NCBI GenBank assembly: GCA_904420445.1
Contig: CAJFVJ010000003.1
Coordinates: forward strand, 255,090-319,089
From: Candidatus Adamsella avium
GTDB taxonomy: Bacteria > Cyanobacteriota > Vampirovibrionia > Gastranaerophilales > CAJFVJ01
Length of the DNA: 64,000 bases
Direction of reading: 5' to 3'
In this document: one piece after another, positions 45,871-54,866 of the stretch
Layout of the letters: every line of letters begins with the position of its first letter
Numbering within the stretch: the first letter of the stretch is position 1
Position numbers and translations under genes: made by a program
The notes under the pieces: generated by a model
Databases searched by the model: none
What the model was told of the DNA's origin: nothing
What the model saw: the letters and a program-made list of their open reading frames with translations, nothing else

Positions 45871-46725
45871 TTATCTCGAGGCAACACAAAGCATCTCACG
45901 GGCAACTTTAGCAGCTGCAACCGTTGAATTTGCACTTGTATCCAAAAAAGGAGATAATTCTAACATATCCATCCCTACAATATTTGAGTCAGCCAAAACT
46001 TTGAAATAACTCATCAACTCACAGAAAGAAAATCCTCCCACCTCAGGAGTTCCGGTCCCTGGAAGAACTGATGGGTCAAGGACATCCAAATCAAGTGTAA
46101 TAAATACCGGTCTGCCTTTTATACCTGAAAGAATATCTCTGAAATCTTCCGCTGATTTCACAAGAGTATTATGCTTTTTCATCAGCTCAAACTCATAAGC
46201 TTCACCGGACCTTATCCCTATTTGCGAAAGGTTATCAAATCCGATTAAATCGGCAACTTTCTTTATAACTGTAGAGTGAGAGAGAGGCTCTCCCAGATAC
46301 TCATCTCTCAAATCCGTATGAGCATCAAAGTGAACAACATACAAATCAGGATATTTTTCATAATAAGCTTTTATAGCAGGATAAGAAACAAGATGCTCTC
46401 CACCTATACCAAAATATTTTTTTCCGGCAGCGAGAACTTCTCTTGCTGCGTCATATACCATATCAAGAACTCTCCGGGTGTTTCCAAAAGGTAAGTCAAT
46501 CTCTCCTGCATCATAAAAAGATATATCTTCCAAATCTTTATTGAAATAAGGCGAATAAGTTTCTATTCCTCTTGATGCAACTCTGATTTGCTCAGGTGCA
46601 AATCTTGTTCCAGGACGAAAAGAACATGTCCCGTCAAAGGGCACCCCAATCATAATCCACTCTGAATTATTTGGAGTTTCATCAGACGCCATCCAGTTTT
46701 TTGAAATAAACGGAGTCCTAAACAT
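45871..46725 (-). CDS. speB: Agmatinase
   Basis: 284 aa with ureohydrolase Mn motifs (HFDAHTDLR, LDLDVLDP). Confidence 0.9.
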   Translation of the reverse strand: MFRTPFISKNWMASDETPNNSEWIMIGVPFDGTCSFRPGTRFAPEQIRVASRGIETYSPYFNKDLEDISFYDAGEIDLPFGNTRRVLDMVYDAAREVLAAGKKYFGIGGEHLVSYPAIKAYYEKYPDLYVVHFDAHTDLRDEYLGEPLSHSTVIKKVADLIGFDNLSQIGIRSGEAYEFELMKKHNTLVKSAEDFRDILSGIKGRPVFITLDLDVLDPSVLPGTGTPEVGGFSFCELMSYFKVLADSNIVGMDMLELSPFLDTSANSTVAAAKVAREMLCVASR

Positions 46726-47572
46726 CTTGACCTACAAGCTTTTTCACAAAATTAGGCAGAGCAAACGCCGCTTTGTGAATATCAAGATTGTACAATTTTG
46801 CCTGTTTTGCAATCTTTTGAACCCTGTCTTCGGCAATAAAGCTCAGAGGTTCTACTGTATTTGAGCAGAATGCCCAGCTCCAGTATCCTCCGGGATAAGT
46901 CGGAATAGGTCCAAGGAATGTGTTAACTTTAGGGAAAGCTTTCCTCAAAAGAGGATACATCATCTTCATCTGTCTTTGATTAACAAAAGGAGATTCAGAT
47001 TGAGCACTCATAATCCCGCCTTCTTTGAGCGCTTTGTTTACATTTGAATAAAATTCTTCCGTAAACAACCCTTCACCAGGTCCCATCGGGTCGGTTGAAT
47101 CAATCAGAATGATATCAAATGCATCTTCCTGCTGTGAAATATAGTCAATGCCATCTCTAACCTGAATGTTAACTCTCTCATCATCAAGCATTCCGGCTAT
47201 TGATGGAAGATACTTCTTGCAGGCATCTATAACCATTCCATCTATCTCGCAGAGAACAACTTCTTTAACAGTATCATGTTTCAGAACTTCTCTCACTGTA
47301 CCGCCGTCACCTCCGCCGATAACAAGAACTCTCTCTGGATTAGGATGAGAATTCATAGGAATATGAGAAATCATCTCATGATAGAAAAATTCATCCCTCT
47401 CTGTAGTCATCACAAGACCATCAAGCAACAGAACTTTTCCTAAACCCTGTGTTTCCAATATATCAATTGTTTGATATTCTGTTTTGGCACTATAGAGAAC
47501 ATTTTGAGTTTCCATAGTAACTCCAAACCCAAGCTCATTAAGCTCGGTGTATTTTAAATCCATCACACCCAT
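46718..47572 (-). CDS. speE: Spermidine synthase
   Basis: 284 aa with VLVIGGGDGGTVREVLKH. It overlaps speB by 8 nt. Confidence 0.95.
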   Translation of the reverse strand: MGVMDLKYTELNELGFGVTMETQNVLYSAKTEYQTIDILETQGLGKVLLLDGLVMTTERDEFFYHEMISHIPMNSHPNPERVLVIGGGDGGTVREVLKHDTVKEVVLCEIDGMVIDACKKYLPSIAGMLDDERVNIQVRDGIDYISQQEDAFDIILIDSTDPMGPGEGLFTEEFYSNVNKALKEGGIMSAQSESPFVNQRQMKMMYPLLRKAFPKVNTFLGPIPTYPGGYWSWAFCSNTVEPLSFIAEDRVQKIAKQAKLYNLDIHKAAFALPNFVKKLVGQDV

Positions 47573-47593
47573 CCACGTAATCCTCTGTTGATA

Positions 47594-48094
47594 CTATGAA
47601 ATCTGTTCTTTCAATTCAAACGGTTTTTCATCCACTCTGAGCATATCTTTTGAAAGAATTCCTCTCTTCAAGATAGAGAAAGAACCTTTCTTTGATGAAA
47701 ATACTTTTTTCAGATAATCATAAGCTACTTTCGGGTCGCAAGATTCTCCGCAGGTAAATAAATCTACAGCAGCATACCCCAACTCTGGCCATGTATGAAT
47801 AGCCAGGTGCGACTCGGAGATAATAACAACTCCGCTTACACCATGCGGACTGAACATATGAAAACACTTCTGAACAACTGTTGCACCGCATTTTATTGCA
47901 GCATCAGTCATATGTTTTTCAACCAAATCAACACTGTTAATAATGTTCGAATCGCAGTCAAAAAATTCTGCTAGAATATGTCTTCCTAAATATGTTCCAT
48001 GCAATTCCTTTTTATTATCGGGAAGAGCAACCTGAGGTGATAGTATCAATTTCTGTCCTCTCCATTCTTCAAGATTAATATATACACAACACAA
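47594..48094 (-). CDS. speD: S-adenosylmethionine decarboxylase proenzyme (small, pyruvoyl type)
   Basis: It has the block GVSGVVIISESHLAIHTWPE with the ES self-cleavage site. The track start is a TTG. A TTG at 48049 after GGAGAGGA is an alternative, so the 5' end is uncertain. Confidence 0.88.
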   Translation of the reverse strand: MCCVYINLEEWRGQKLILSPQVALPDNKKELHGTYLGRHILAEFFDCDSNIINSVDLVEKHMTDAAIKCGATVVQKCFHMFSPHGVSGVVIISESHLAIHTWPELGYAAVDLFTCGESCDPKVAYDYLKKVFSSKKGSFSILKRGILSKDMLRVDEKPFELKEQIS

Positions 48095-48281
48095 GTTTTT
48101 ATTAATTTTATCTCTTGTATATTACTATAAAAAATCGTCAACAACAAATTTATCACAAAATATTAAAAAATGTAACAATAAAGTTTTTTTGTGAAAATGA
48201 AAAGAACAAATTGTTTTTATTATAATATAAGCGTTTTAAATAAGTGAATAGGTATTAAGAGTATTAAAGGAGATTTCTATT

Positions 48282-48452
48282 ATGGGTAATTCAGCAATTT
48301 TCGGTATTTCTTTCGGCGCAAACACTGCAATCCCACCAAAAGAACAACAAGCAGTAGAAACAGCTGGACAAGTAGCACATCATCAACAAGCACCTGAAAC
48401 AGCTGGACAAGTAGCAAACAACCTTGGAGGTACATTAAGCCTCGCAGCTTAA
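48282..48452 (+). CDS. Unannotated 56-aa peptide (below the ORF-track cutoff)
   Basis: SD AAAGGAG lies 8 nt before the ATG. The product is MGNSAIFGISFGANTAIPPKEQQAVETAGQVAHHQQAPETAGQVANNLGGTLSLAA. It contains an exact 21-nt direct repeat (48357-48377 and 48396-48416). Confidence 0.45.
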   Translation: MGNSAIFGISFGANTAIPPKEQQAVETAGQVAHHQQAPETAGQVANNLGGTLSLAA

Positions 48453-48519
48453 TAAAAAATAAAAAATAAAAAAACAAGAAAGATAGAATGAACGGCTAAG
48501 ACTTTGGAGTGAATGAGGT

Positions 48520-48666
48520 ATGTCAAAACAAACTATTAAAAAATGTTTATTGTTATGCTGGATCGGCATGGTTATCATGATGTTCTGCGGAGCAATAAAT
48601 ACAATCAATCAAAGCAATATGGATATGACATCTCAAACAAATATTATATCGGCTTTTAACGGTTAA
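48520..48666 (+). CDS. Unannotated 48-aa hydrophobic peptide
   Basis: The product is MSKQTIKKCLLLCWIGMVIMMFCGAINTINQSNMDMTSQTNIISAFNG. GGAG/GAGG lies upstream, and the hairpin at 48673-48704 follows. Confidence 0.35.
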   Translation: MSKQTIKKCLLLCWIGMVIMMFCGAINTINQSNMDMTSQTNIISAFNG

Positions 48667-48672
48667 ACGCTT

Positions 48673-48704
48673 AAAGGCCGATTTATACTGTAAAATCGAC
48701 CTTT
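48673..48704. terminator. Hairpin between the peptide genes and the convergent protease gene
   Basis: Stem aaaggccgattt / aaatcgaccttt with one mismatch. Confidence 0.5.
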
Positions 48705-48718
48705 AATCCACTGATATA

Positions 48719-49435
48719 TTATTTTTTTGAGAGTGTCTTTTTATCCTGTATTGCAAATTTTTTTGTTGTCTGATATTCGGAAATCAAGCGCTTTGCTGCA
48801 TTCACTGGAACAGCAAAGCCTATTCCGATGTTTGATTTATTGTTATCGGGGTTATAAATTGACTGATTGATTCCTATAACCTCTCCATCCATATTAACAA
48901 GAGGTCCCCCTGAGCTGCCCGGATTTATTGCTGCATCAGTTTGAATTTTATTGCGTTCGTAGTCTATTCTGCTGATTATACCCGTTGTAAGCGTTCCGCT
49001 AAATCCAAACGGGTTGCCTATTGCCAGCACTTTTTGTCCTACTTTTACTCTTTTTGAATCACCAAGTTTTATTGTTTGCAAAGACTTTTTAGGTTCAATC
49101 TTCAAAAGAGCAAGATCATTATTCTCACCCATAACCGCCAGTAATCTGGCTTTATACTTCTCGTTATTATAAAGAGTAATGTTTATATCCTTCGTATCCT
49201 CGATAACATGGGAACTTGTCAGTATTATTCCTGATTTGTCTATTATAACTCCCGTCCCGCTTGAAACTCCATCCTCTATATCTGCATCAATAACAACAAC
49301 CGACGGTGTTATTTTTTCATAGACATCTATCGTCGCCATCTCTTCCATGGAATAAGAATATGCGGAAGAAACAACAGAAAATTGAATAACCAACATCATC
49401 ACAACAGATAATAATAATTTAACCATAGTGTGCAT
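48719..49435 (-). CDS. Trypsin-like serine protease (S1C/HtrA-like catalytic domain, no PDZ)
   Basis: 238 aa with a signal peptide. The catalytic triad contexts are TSSHVI, NDLALLKI and NPGSSGGPLV. Confidence 0.85.
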   Translation of the reverse strand: MHTMVKLLLSVVMMLVIQFSVVSSAYSYSMEEMATIDVYEKITPSVVVIDADIEDGVSSGTGVIIDKSGIILTSSHVIEDTKDINITLYNNEKYKARLLAVMGENNDLALLKIEPKKSLQTIKLGDSKRVKVGQKVLAIGNPFGFSGTLTTGIISRIDYERNKIQTDAAINPGSSGGPLVNMDGEVIGINQSIYNPDNNKSNIGIGFAVPVNAAKRLISEYQTTKKFAIQDKKTLSKK

Positions 49436-49527
49436 AAAACTCCTCTATTTCGGCAACTATATTTAAACACCACTAAAACTTTCTCACTATACCCTTTAAG
49501 TTAATACCAATCAGCTATTTATAAGAA

Positions 49528-49566
49528 AAGCAAAAAGCCCCCTAAAATTAGGAGGCTTTTTGCTTT
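49528..49566 (-). terminator. Terminator of the aminotransferase gene
   Basis: Stem agcaaaaagcc / ggctttttgct, followed on the minus strand by a T-rich run. Confidence 0.75.
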
Positions 49567-49580
49567 CTTTCAAAAATATA

Positions 49581-50837
49581 CTACTTATCAAAATAGAAGC
49601 CGTCTTCCTTCATCCTTCTGATAACTTCTCTTAAATTATCATCAGAAGCGACAAAAGACAGTCTGAAAAATCCTTCCCCGTAACGTCCGAATCCTGACCC
49701 GGGGACAAGTACAATACCTGATTTTTCAAGTATATCCTGACAGAACTCTACTGATGTCTTGTATTTTTTCGGGATAGGAAGCCAGAGATAAAAAGTAGCT
49801 TTAGGTATATTCATGGAGTCTATATCCCATCCAAGCTCTCTAAATCCGTCAGTAATAATTTTTTGTTTGATTTCGTAGTTCTTGTTGCTCTTTTCGATAT
49901 ATTCATCGCCTTCTTTTGAAACAAGAATTTCTGCCGATGCTTTCTGTATTGCCTTGAAGACGCCTGTATCAACTGTTGACTTCAACTTACCCAAAATAGA
50001 AACGGCATCAGCATTACCGCAAGCCCAGCCGACTCTCCAGCCTGTCATCGCATAAGGTTTGCTGAAGCTGTGGAATTCTATAGCAATATCCTTTGCCCCT
50101 TCTACTTCAAAAATACTATGAGGAGCTTCTTCACCTCCAAAGAACATATCAGCATAAGCAACATCGCTGACTAAGAGATAGTTGTGCTTCAAGCAAAACT
50201 CAACAACACTCTTGAGATAATCCAATGTAGCAGTAGCACCGAGTGGATTGTTCGGATAATTAACAACTACAGCCTTAACTTTATCCTTTGAAAATCCGTC
50301 TTTTTCAAGCTGAGCAAGAACTTCTTCCATATCAGGCATATAATTGTTTTCTCTGGTCAGAGGTATGGAATAAGCATATCCGCCGATTACTTTTATCTGT
50401 TCTTTATAAGAAGCATAACCAGGGTCAGGAATCATTATTATATCCTGTTCTTTTTCGTTCAAAGTAGGATTGACTATTGTTCTGAACATATTGGCAAGAC
50501 CTTCTTTTGAACCGATTAAAGAAAATACCTCTGTTTTCGGGTCAATATCAACGCCAAAACGTTTTTTCATTCTTTCTGCAACAGCTTCGAGGAAAAACAT
50601 CTCACCCTTTGTCGAGGAATAAGTGTGCATACTGTCTGTTTCCATTGCCTTTGTAAGAGCATTAATTACAAACTCAGGCGGTCTTTGAGCAGGTGCTCCC
50701 ATACTCAGCTTAATAGGAGCTCTTCCTTTCTTCGTCAGCTCAGGAGTCAATCTTGTTGTTTCTTGAGCAATCCTGAACATAATATATGTTTCAAGAGTTT
50801 TTACATAATCAGAGTAAAGTGCTTTAACATCTGCCAT
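49581..50837 (-). CDS. Class I/II PLP-dependent aminotransferase (AspC / LL-DAP aminotransferase-like)
   Basis: 418 aa with the PLP-lysine context SFSKPYAMTGWRVGW. Confidence 0.88.
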   Translation of the reverse strand: MADVKALYSDYVKTLETYIMFRIAQETTRLTPELTKKGRAPIKLSMGAPAQRPPEFVINALTKAMETDSMHTYSSTKGEMFFLEAVAERMKKRFGVDIDPKTEVFSLIGSKEGLANMFRTIVNPTLNEKEQDIIMIPDPGYASYKEQIKVIGGYAYSIPLTRENNYMPDMEEVLAQLEKDGFSKDKVKAVVVNYPNNPLGATATLDYLKSVVEFCLKHNYLLVSDVAYADMFFGGEEAPHSIFEVEGAKDIAIEFHSFSKPYAMTGWRVGWACGNADAVSILGKLKSTVDTGVFKAIQKASAEILVSKEGDEYIEKSNKNYEIKQKIITDGFRELGWDIDSMNIPKATFYLWLPIPKKYKTSVEFCQDILEKSGIVLVPGSGFGRYGEGFFRLSFVASDDNLREVIRRMKEDGFYFDK

Positions 50838-51052
50838 ACTTCTTTTACCTCACAAACTTTCACTAATATCGTCGATAAACTAATCCATACATCTAAAAAA
50901 TATCTTATTTATCAGAAAATAATCTTACCATAAGTTACGTCGATTGAATAATTTTTTTTAATTTTTTTGTGTTTTTTGTTAAAAAGAGCTTTAAAAAGGG
51001 TAAAATATAAGTTATAATCAAAAAGTTGTAATATTTCACGGAGGATGCTCAT

Positions 51053-51427
51053 ATGAGACTAAAAATTAATGGGCGTAATATCACTATTACTCAAGCTATC
51101 AAAGACTATGTAGAAGAAAAAATCGGGAGAATAGCAAACCACTATGACCAGATTATTGAAATAGAAGTTACTCTCGGAGTAATCAAAAATCCGAGTGTAG
51201 CAGAAAATCATATTACAGAAGTTACCTGCAAACTCGCAGGCGCAACAGTTTGCGTGTCTGAAGAAGCAGAATCAATGTATGCAAGTATCGACCTCGTTGC
51301 AGATAAACTCAACAGACAGGTCAAAAAACACAAAGAAAAACAACTCAAAGGCAAAACAAAAAATGATTCAATCAGAACTTCTTCTCAAGAGGAAGCTGCT
51401 GAAGCTGAAGAAGCTGTCGTTGAATAA
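51053..51427 (+). CDS. hpf: Ribosome hibernation promoting factor / RaiA family (short form with acidic tail)
   Basis: 124 aa with MRLKINGRNITITQAIKDYVEEKIGRI... and an RBS GGAGGA. Confidence 0.85.
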   Translation: MRLKINGRNITITQAIKDYVEEKIGRIANHYDQIIEIEVTLGVIKNPSVAENHITEVTCKLAGATVCVSEEAESMYASIDLVADKLNRQVKKHKEKQLKGKTKNDSIRTSSQEEAAEAEEAVVE

Positions 51428-51446
51428 ATATTTTCTAATATACAAA

Positions 51447-51482
51447 AATCGGCTCTATAATTTATAGGGTCGATTTTTTTTG
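51447..51482 (+). terminator. Rho-independent terminator after hpf
   Basis: Stem atcggctctata / tatagggtcgat (with G-U pairs), followed by T8. Confidence 0.75.
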
Positions 51483-51539
51483 CAAAAAATACTATATAAT
51501 ATATAATATCTGATATATAATTATTTATATCATTTAAAT

Positions 51540-51800
51540 ATGGAGAGCAGAATATTGTTACCGCTAATTTCAGAAGAAGTTTCAGGAAAAATTTTCGATG
51601 TTATATTCAAAGATGTGAACACATGGAGAAAATCCATGATTCACTACATCAAAGATGAAAACCCTGAAATAAATACAGCAATCATCGAAGCTGCAAACAA
51701 AACATCACTTGACCCGAAAGCTGTTGCACTAGGGGCTTATATGACATACAAACTGATAGAAGAAGCAGCCAAAGACCAGGAATTTATTATAGAAGACTAA
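51540..51800 (+). CDS. Hypothetical protein
   Basis: 86 aa with no obvious SD. Confidence 0.35.
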   Translation: MESRILLPLISEEVSGKIFDVIFKDVNTWRKSMIHYIKDENPEINTAIIEAANKTSLDPKAVALGAYMTYKLIEEAAKDQEFIIED

Positions 51801-51801
51801 C

Positions 51802-52140
51802 CTATTTTTTTGATAGTTTATCTAAAGCCGAATCTATTACTTCCCGGAAAGTTTTTCCTCTATACTCGGGAGTAACAAACATCAAACCTTTAGAAGTATT
51901 ATCAAGGAAAAATGCGCCTATATGCAAAGGCGTCTTTTTTGTGAATAAATATTCTTCATCCAATTTTCTTACGAGTTCATCACCTGATATTCGTGTCGTG
52001 CTCTGAAGATGCTCTCTCGCAGCTTTTGATATTCCTCTTGCCATTTCATCAGGCGTCAGGTCAAAAAATTGTTTCTGCATAACCTTATCTATAGGAAGCC
52101 TTCCCTTGAATGAAACATTGTTTACAGGATGAATATTCAT
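51802..52140 (-). CDS. Hypothetical protein (N-terminal NNVSFKGRL motif)
   Basis: 112 aa with an RBS AAAGGGA. Confidence 0.55.
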   Translation of the reverse strand: MNIHPVNNVSFKGRLPIDKVMQKQFFDLTPDEMARGISKAAREHLQSTTRISGDELVRKLDEEYLFTKKTPLHIGAFFLDNTSKGLMFVTPEYRGKTFREVIDSALDKLSKK

Positions 52141-52290
52141 ATATAATCCCTTTCATAAAATAAATTCTTATATTCTATATCTATAAAGAAAATTTTTTGA
52201 CATCCCATATAGATTTTTTGACTTAAAGACTTTTGGTTTCACTCAAAGTGATTAATAATATAAGGCTAAGAAGCTTTTTATATAAAAAAA

Positions 52291-52634
52291 GAGAAAGCAG
52301 CCGGTAAGCCGGGTTCTGTTTTAAACGGTCATCTATCTCGAACAGCCGTTGCCGGCTGCCTCAAGCGGTTTTTCGAAAAACGGCGGGTCACCTTAGCTTT
52401 TCTGTCAACCTTGCACTAAACCGGGGTTTACCTGGCCGATACCTCTCGATATCGCCGGTGGTCTCTTACACCACCGTTGCACCCTTACCTGTAAGCAAAC
52501 GCTCCATCGGCGGTCATCATTTCTGTGGCACTATCCTCACAGTCACCTGCACCGGACGTTATCCGGCGGTCTGCCCTCTAGTGCCCGGACTTTCCTCAGG
52601 CATCTCTGCCCGCGACCGTTCAGCTGCTTTCTCT
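52291..52634 (-). ncRNA. rnpB: RNase P RNA, bacterial type A
   Basis: The minus strand contains GAGGAAAGUCCGGGC, GGUAAGGGUGCAACGGUGGUGUAAGAGACCACC and ACAGAACCCGGCUUA. P1 is formed by GAGAAAGCAGC (5') and GCUGCUUUCUC (3'). It is a GC-rich island in AT-rich DNA. Confidence 0.92.
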
Positions 52635-52675
52635 GGTATAATTATTTCATAAGCGCATAATTTTGAGAACTCACT

Positions 52676-53350
52676 ATGAACTTTTCTAAATCTCCTCATC
52701 TTATACAAAAAATGTTCGATACTATCGCAGAGAGATATGACTTCAACAACAATCTTATATCTCTCGGGCTGCATAAAAAAATCAAAGAACTAGCAATAAA
52801 AAAACTAAAACTGAATGAAAACTCAAAAATTCTAGACTTATGTACAGGAACAGGTGATATTGCATTTTTTTTGAAAAGAAAATATCCTGACGCCTCGGTC
52901 ATAGGCATAGATTTTTCTTCTGAAATGCTAAAAATTGCAAAACAAAAAAACAACAGTGATATAAACTTCCAAAAAGCTGACTGCACAAACCTGCCTTTTG
53001 ATGATAACTCTTTTGACTTATGCACTATATCTTTCGGGCTGAGAAACATCGAAAATCAAGGCTCTGCTCTCAAAGAAATCTATAGAGTGCTGAAAAAAGG
53101 CGGAATTTTTATGCACCTTGATTTTGGGAAAAGCTCAAATTTTGCGGATAAAATTTTTGACCTCCTCGTTCCACCTATGGTCAAAATATTCTACAAAAAC
53201 TCAATCCCCTATGATTATCTGCTTGAATCAAAAAAAACTTTCAAATCACCTGATGAACTCATTAAAACTTTTGAAAACCATGGTTTCAAATTTGAAAGAA
53301 GACATGACTTTTTGTTTGGTGTAATATCCTCACAGATTATGAAAAAATGA
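52676..53350 (+). CDS. ubiE: Demethylmenaquinone / ubiquinone-menaquinone biosynthesis C-methyltransferase
   Basis: 224 aa. It has MFDTIAERYDFNNNLISLG and the SAM motif LDLCTGTGD. Confidence 0.9.
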   Translation: MNFSKSPHLIQKMFDTIAERYDFNNNLISLGLHKKIKELAIKKLKLNENSKILDLCTGTGDIAFFLKRKYPDASVIGIDFSSEMLKIAKQKNNSDINFQKADCTNLPFDDNSFDLCTISFGLRNIENQGSALKEIYRVLKKGGIFMHLDFGKSSNFADKIFDLLVPPMVKIFYKNSIPYDYLLESKKTFKSPDELIKTFENHGFKFERRHDFLFGVISSQIMKK

Positions 53351-53363
53351 AAAGGAGTAAAAT

Positions 53364-54329
53364 ATGAGAGCCGTCGAATTCAGAGATAACGAACTCAAAT
53401 TGAATAAAAACCACGAAAAACCAACCCTTGCGCCGAATGAAGCAATGGTAAGAATTAAATATGCAGGTATATGCAATACTGATATGGAACTTATCAAAGG
53501 CTATATGGGATTTAACGGTATTCTTGGACATGAATTTGTCGGCGTAGTAGAAGATGTAAACTCTGATGATAAATCTCTTATCGGCAAAAGGGTCGTCGGA
53601 GAAATAAGCGCAGGATGCAACAACTGTGAATGGTGCGCAAAAGGATTACAAAGACATTGCCCCAACAGAAAAACCATTGGTATCTGGAGAAAAGACGGCT
53701 GTATGGCTGACTACATAAACATGCCCGTAGAAACTCTCTTTGTTGTTCCTGATAACCTCAGCGATGAAGAAATAGTTCTTGTTGAACCTTTTGCTGCAGC
53801 ACTTGAAATTCTTGAGCAGCTTCATATCAAACCGATGGATAAAGTTGTCATCATGGGAGATGGAAAACTAGGACTCTCTATCGCATTTGCCCTGTCAAAA
53901 ATTCCTTGTTTTCTGACCATGGTTGGAAAACACAGCGAAAAACTGGCTATAGCAGAAAAAGAAAATGTAGACACAGTATTATTTAAAGACTTCAAAATAG
54001 AAAAAGAATATGACGTTGTAATAGAAGCAACAGGCTCAGTAAACGGCTTTGAAACAGCTCTTGCGCTGACAAAACCAAGAGGCGTTCTTGTTCTGAAAAG
54101 TACCGTTGCTGCTGATAAACCGCTGAATCTTGCACCTGTAGTAATCGATGAGATAACAGTCTTAGGTTCCCGCTGCGGTCAGTTCAAACCGGCAATCAAC
54201 TATCTTTCAAAAAATAAAACAGGCATAAAATCAATGGTATCAAAAATTTTCAAAGCTGATGATGCTCTGGAGGCGTTTGAATATGCAAAACAAAAAGGCG
54301 TTCTCAAAGTCCTAATCGACTTTTCATAA
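53364..54329 (+). CDS. Zinc-dependent medium-chain alcohol dehydrogenase family protein
   Basis: 321 aa. It has GICNTDMELIKG...GHEFVG and a structural-zinc Cys cluster (CNNCEWCAKGLQRHC). Confidence 0.85.
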   Translation: MRAVEFRDNELKLNKNHEKPTLAPNEAMVRIKYAGICNTDMELIKGYMGFNGILGHEFVGVVEDVNSDDKSLIGKRVVGEISAGCNNCEWCAKGLQRHCPNRKTIGIWRKDGCMADYINMPVETLFVVPDNLSDEEIVLVEPFAAALEILEQLHIKPMDKVVIMGDGKLGLSIAFALSKIPCFLTMVGKHSEKLAIAEKENVDTVLFKDFKIEKEYDVVIEATGSVNGFETALALTKPRGVLVLKSTVAADKPLNLAPVVIDEITVLGSRCGQFKPAINYLSKNKTGIKSMVSKIFKADDALEAFEYAKQKGVLKVLIDFS

Positions 54330-54366
54330 GAGTATTAAAGACTTTATCATTTTTTGAAAAAATCTC

Positions 54367-54425
54367 TTGACAAAATGTTAGTTATGCCTTACATTTATTA
54401 TATAAATTGTTAGTCCGAACTAACA
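54367..54425 (+). promoter_or_regulatory. Candidate sigma70-type promoter plus TGTTAGT palindrome
   Basis: TTGACA (54367-54372), a 17-nt spacer, then TACATT (54390-54395). TGTTAGT lies at 54376-54382. The perfect palindrome TGTTAGT-ccga-ACTAACA lies at 54408-54425. Confidence 0.35.
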
Positions 54426-54439
54426 TAAAGGATAAAAGA

Positions 54440-54577
54440 ATGACCTGCTCTTTTATTAAAGAAATCGATGAGTACATAAAAAAATATGAAGCTCTTTTGC
54501 TCTCATCAAAGAATATGAGCCTCAAACATATTTGCAAATCCTGCAATAAAAAATCTCCTGATGACGATAAAAACTAA
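54440..54577 (+). CDS. Unannotated 45-aa Lys-rich peptide with CxxC
   Basis: The product is MTCSFIKEIDEYIKKYEALLLSSKNMSLKHICKSCNKKSPDDDKN. An RBS AAGGA precedes it, and it has its own hairpin terminator (ctgccg / cggcag plus T-run, about 54629-54655). Confidence 0.3.
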   Translation: MTCSFIKEIDEYIKKYEALLLSSKNMSLKHICKSCNKKSPDDDKN

Positions 54578-54658
54578 TCCAACCTAAACAAATATCGTCG
54601 ATTAACCATAATCCATTACATTTTGATCTGCCGATAAAAACGGCAGTTTTTATTTTTA

Positions 54659-54856
54659 TCACAAACTGATGGACTCTGATGAAGAGTTGAACGATTGTTT
54701 TATCAAATTACTCAGTTTTGAAATTTTTTCATAAATTTCTCTGCACTCGCTGCAGTGTTCGAGGTGTTTCTTTATCCTCAAACTCATTTCATAGTCAAGC
54801 TCTTCATCAAAATACTCATGCATTCTGCTCTGTATATATTCACATTCTGTATTCAT
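54659..54856 (-). CDS. Short zf-HC2 anti-sigma factor (65 aa, no TM segment)
   Basis: The track ORF is 54659..54913. I prefer ATG 54856 after AAGGAG. It has the HLEHCSEC motif (Hx3Cx2C) and lies 10 nt downstream of the ECF sigma gene. Confidence 0.6.
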   Translation of the reverse strand: MNTECEYIQSRMHEYFDEELDYEMSLRIKKHLEHCSECREIYEKISKLSNLIKQSFNSSSESISL

Positions 54857-54866
54857 AACTATCTCC

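Noticed and set aside
48282-48452. Possibility that the ...LSLAA-ending reading frame is the tag-coding part of a tmRNA gene.
   Set aside because: There is no flanking tRNA-like acceptor or T-arm sequence (no GGTTCGAATCC-type motif or CCA end). The frame has a normal SD and ATG, which tmRNA tag frames lack.
48280-48477. Track ORF of 65 aa on the minus strand (MFFYFLFFIKLRGL...LLLVQLFQVLV).
   Set aside because: It is low-complexity, has no RBS and lies antisense to a plus-strand ORF with a strong SD. I favour the plus-strand peptide.
52458-52774. Two track ORFs (52458..52652 plus strand, 52559..52774 minus strand) in a GC-rich patch.
   Set aside because: The patch is the RNase P RNA gene, with conserved GAGGAAAGUCCGGGC and ACAGAACCCGGCUUA on the minus strand. 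The ORFs are by-products of its GC-rich sequence.
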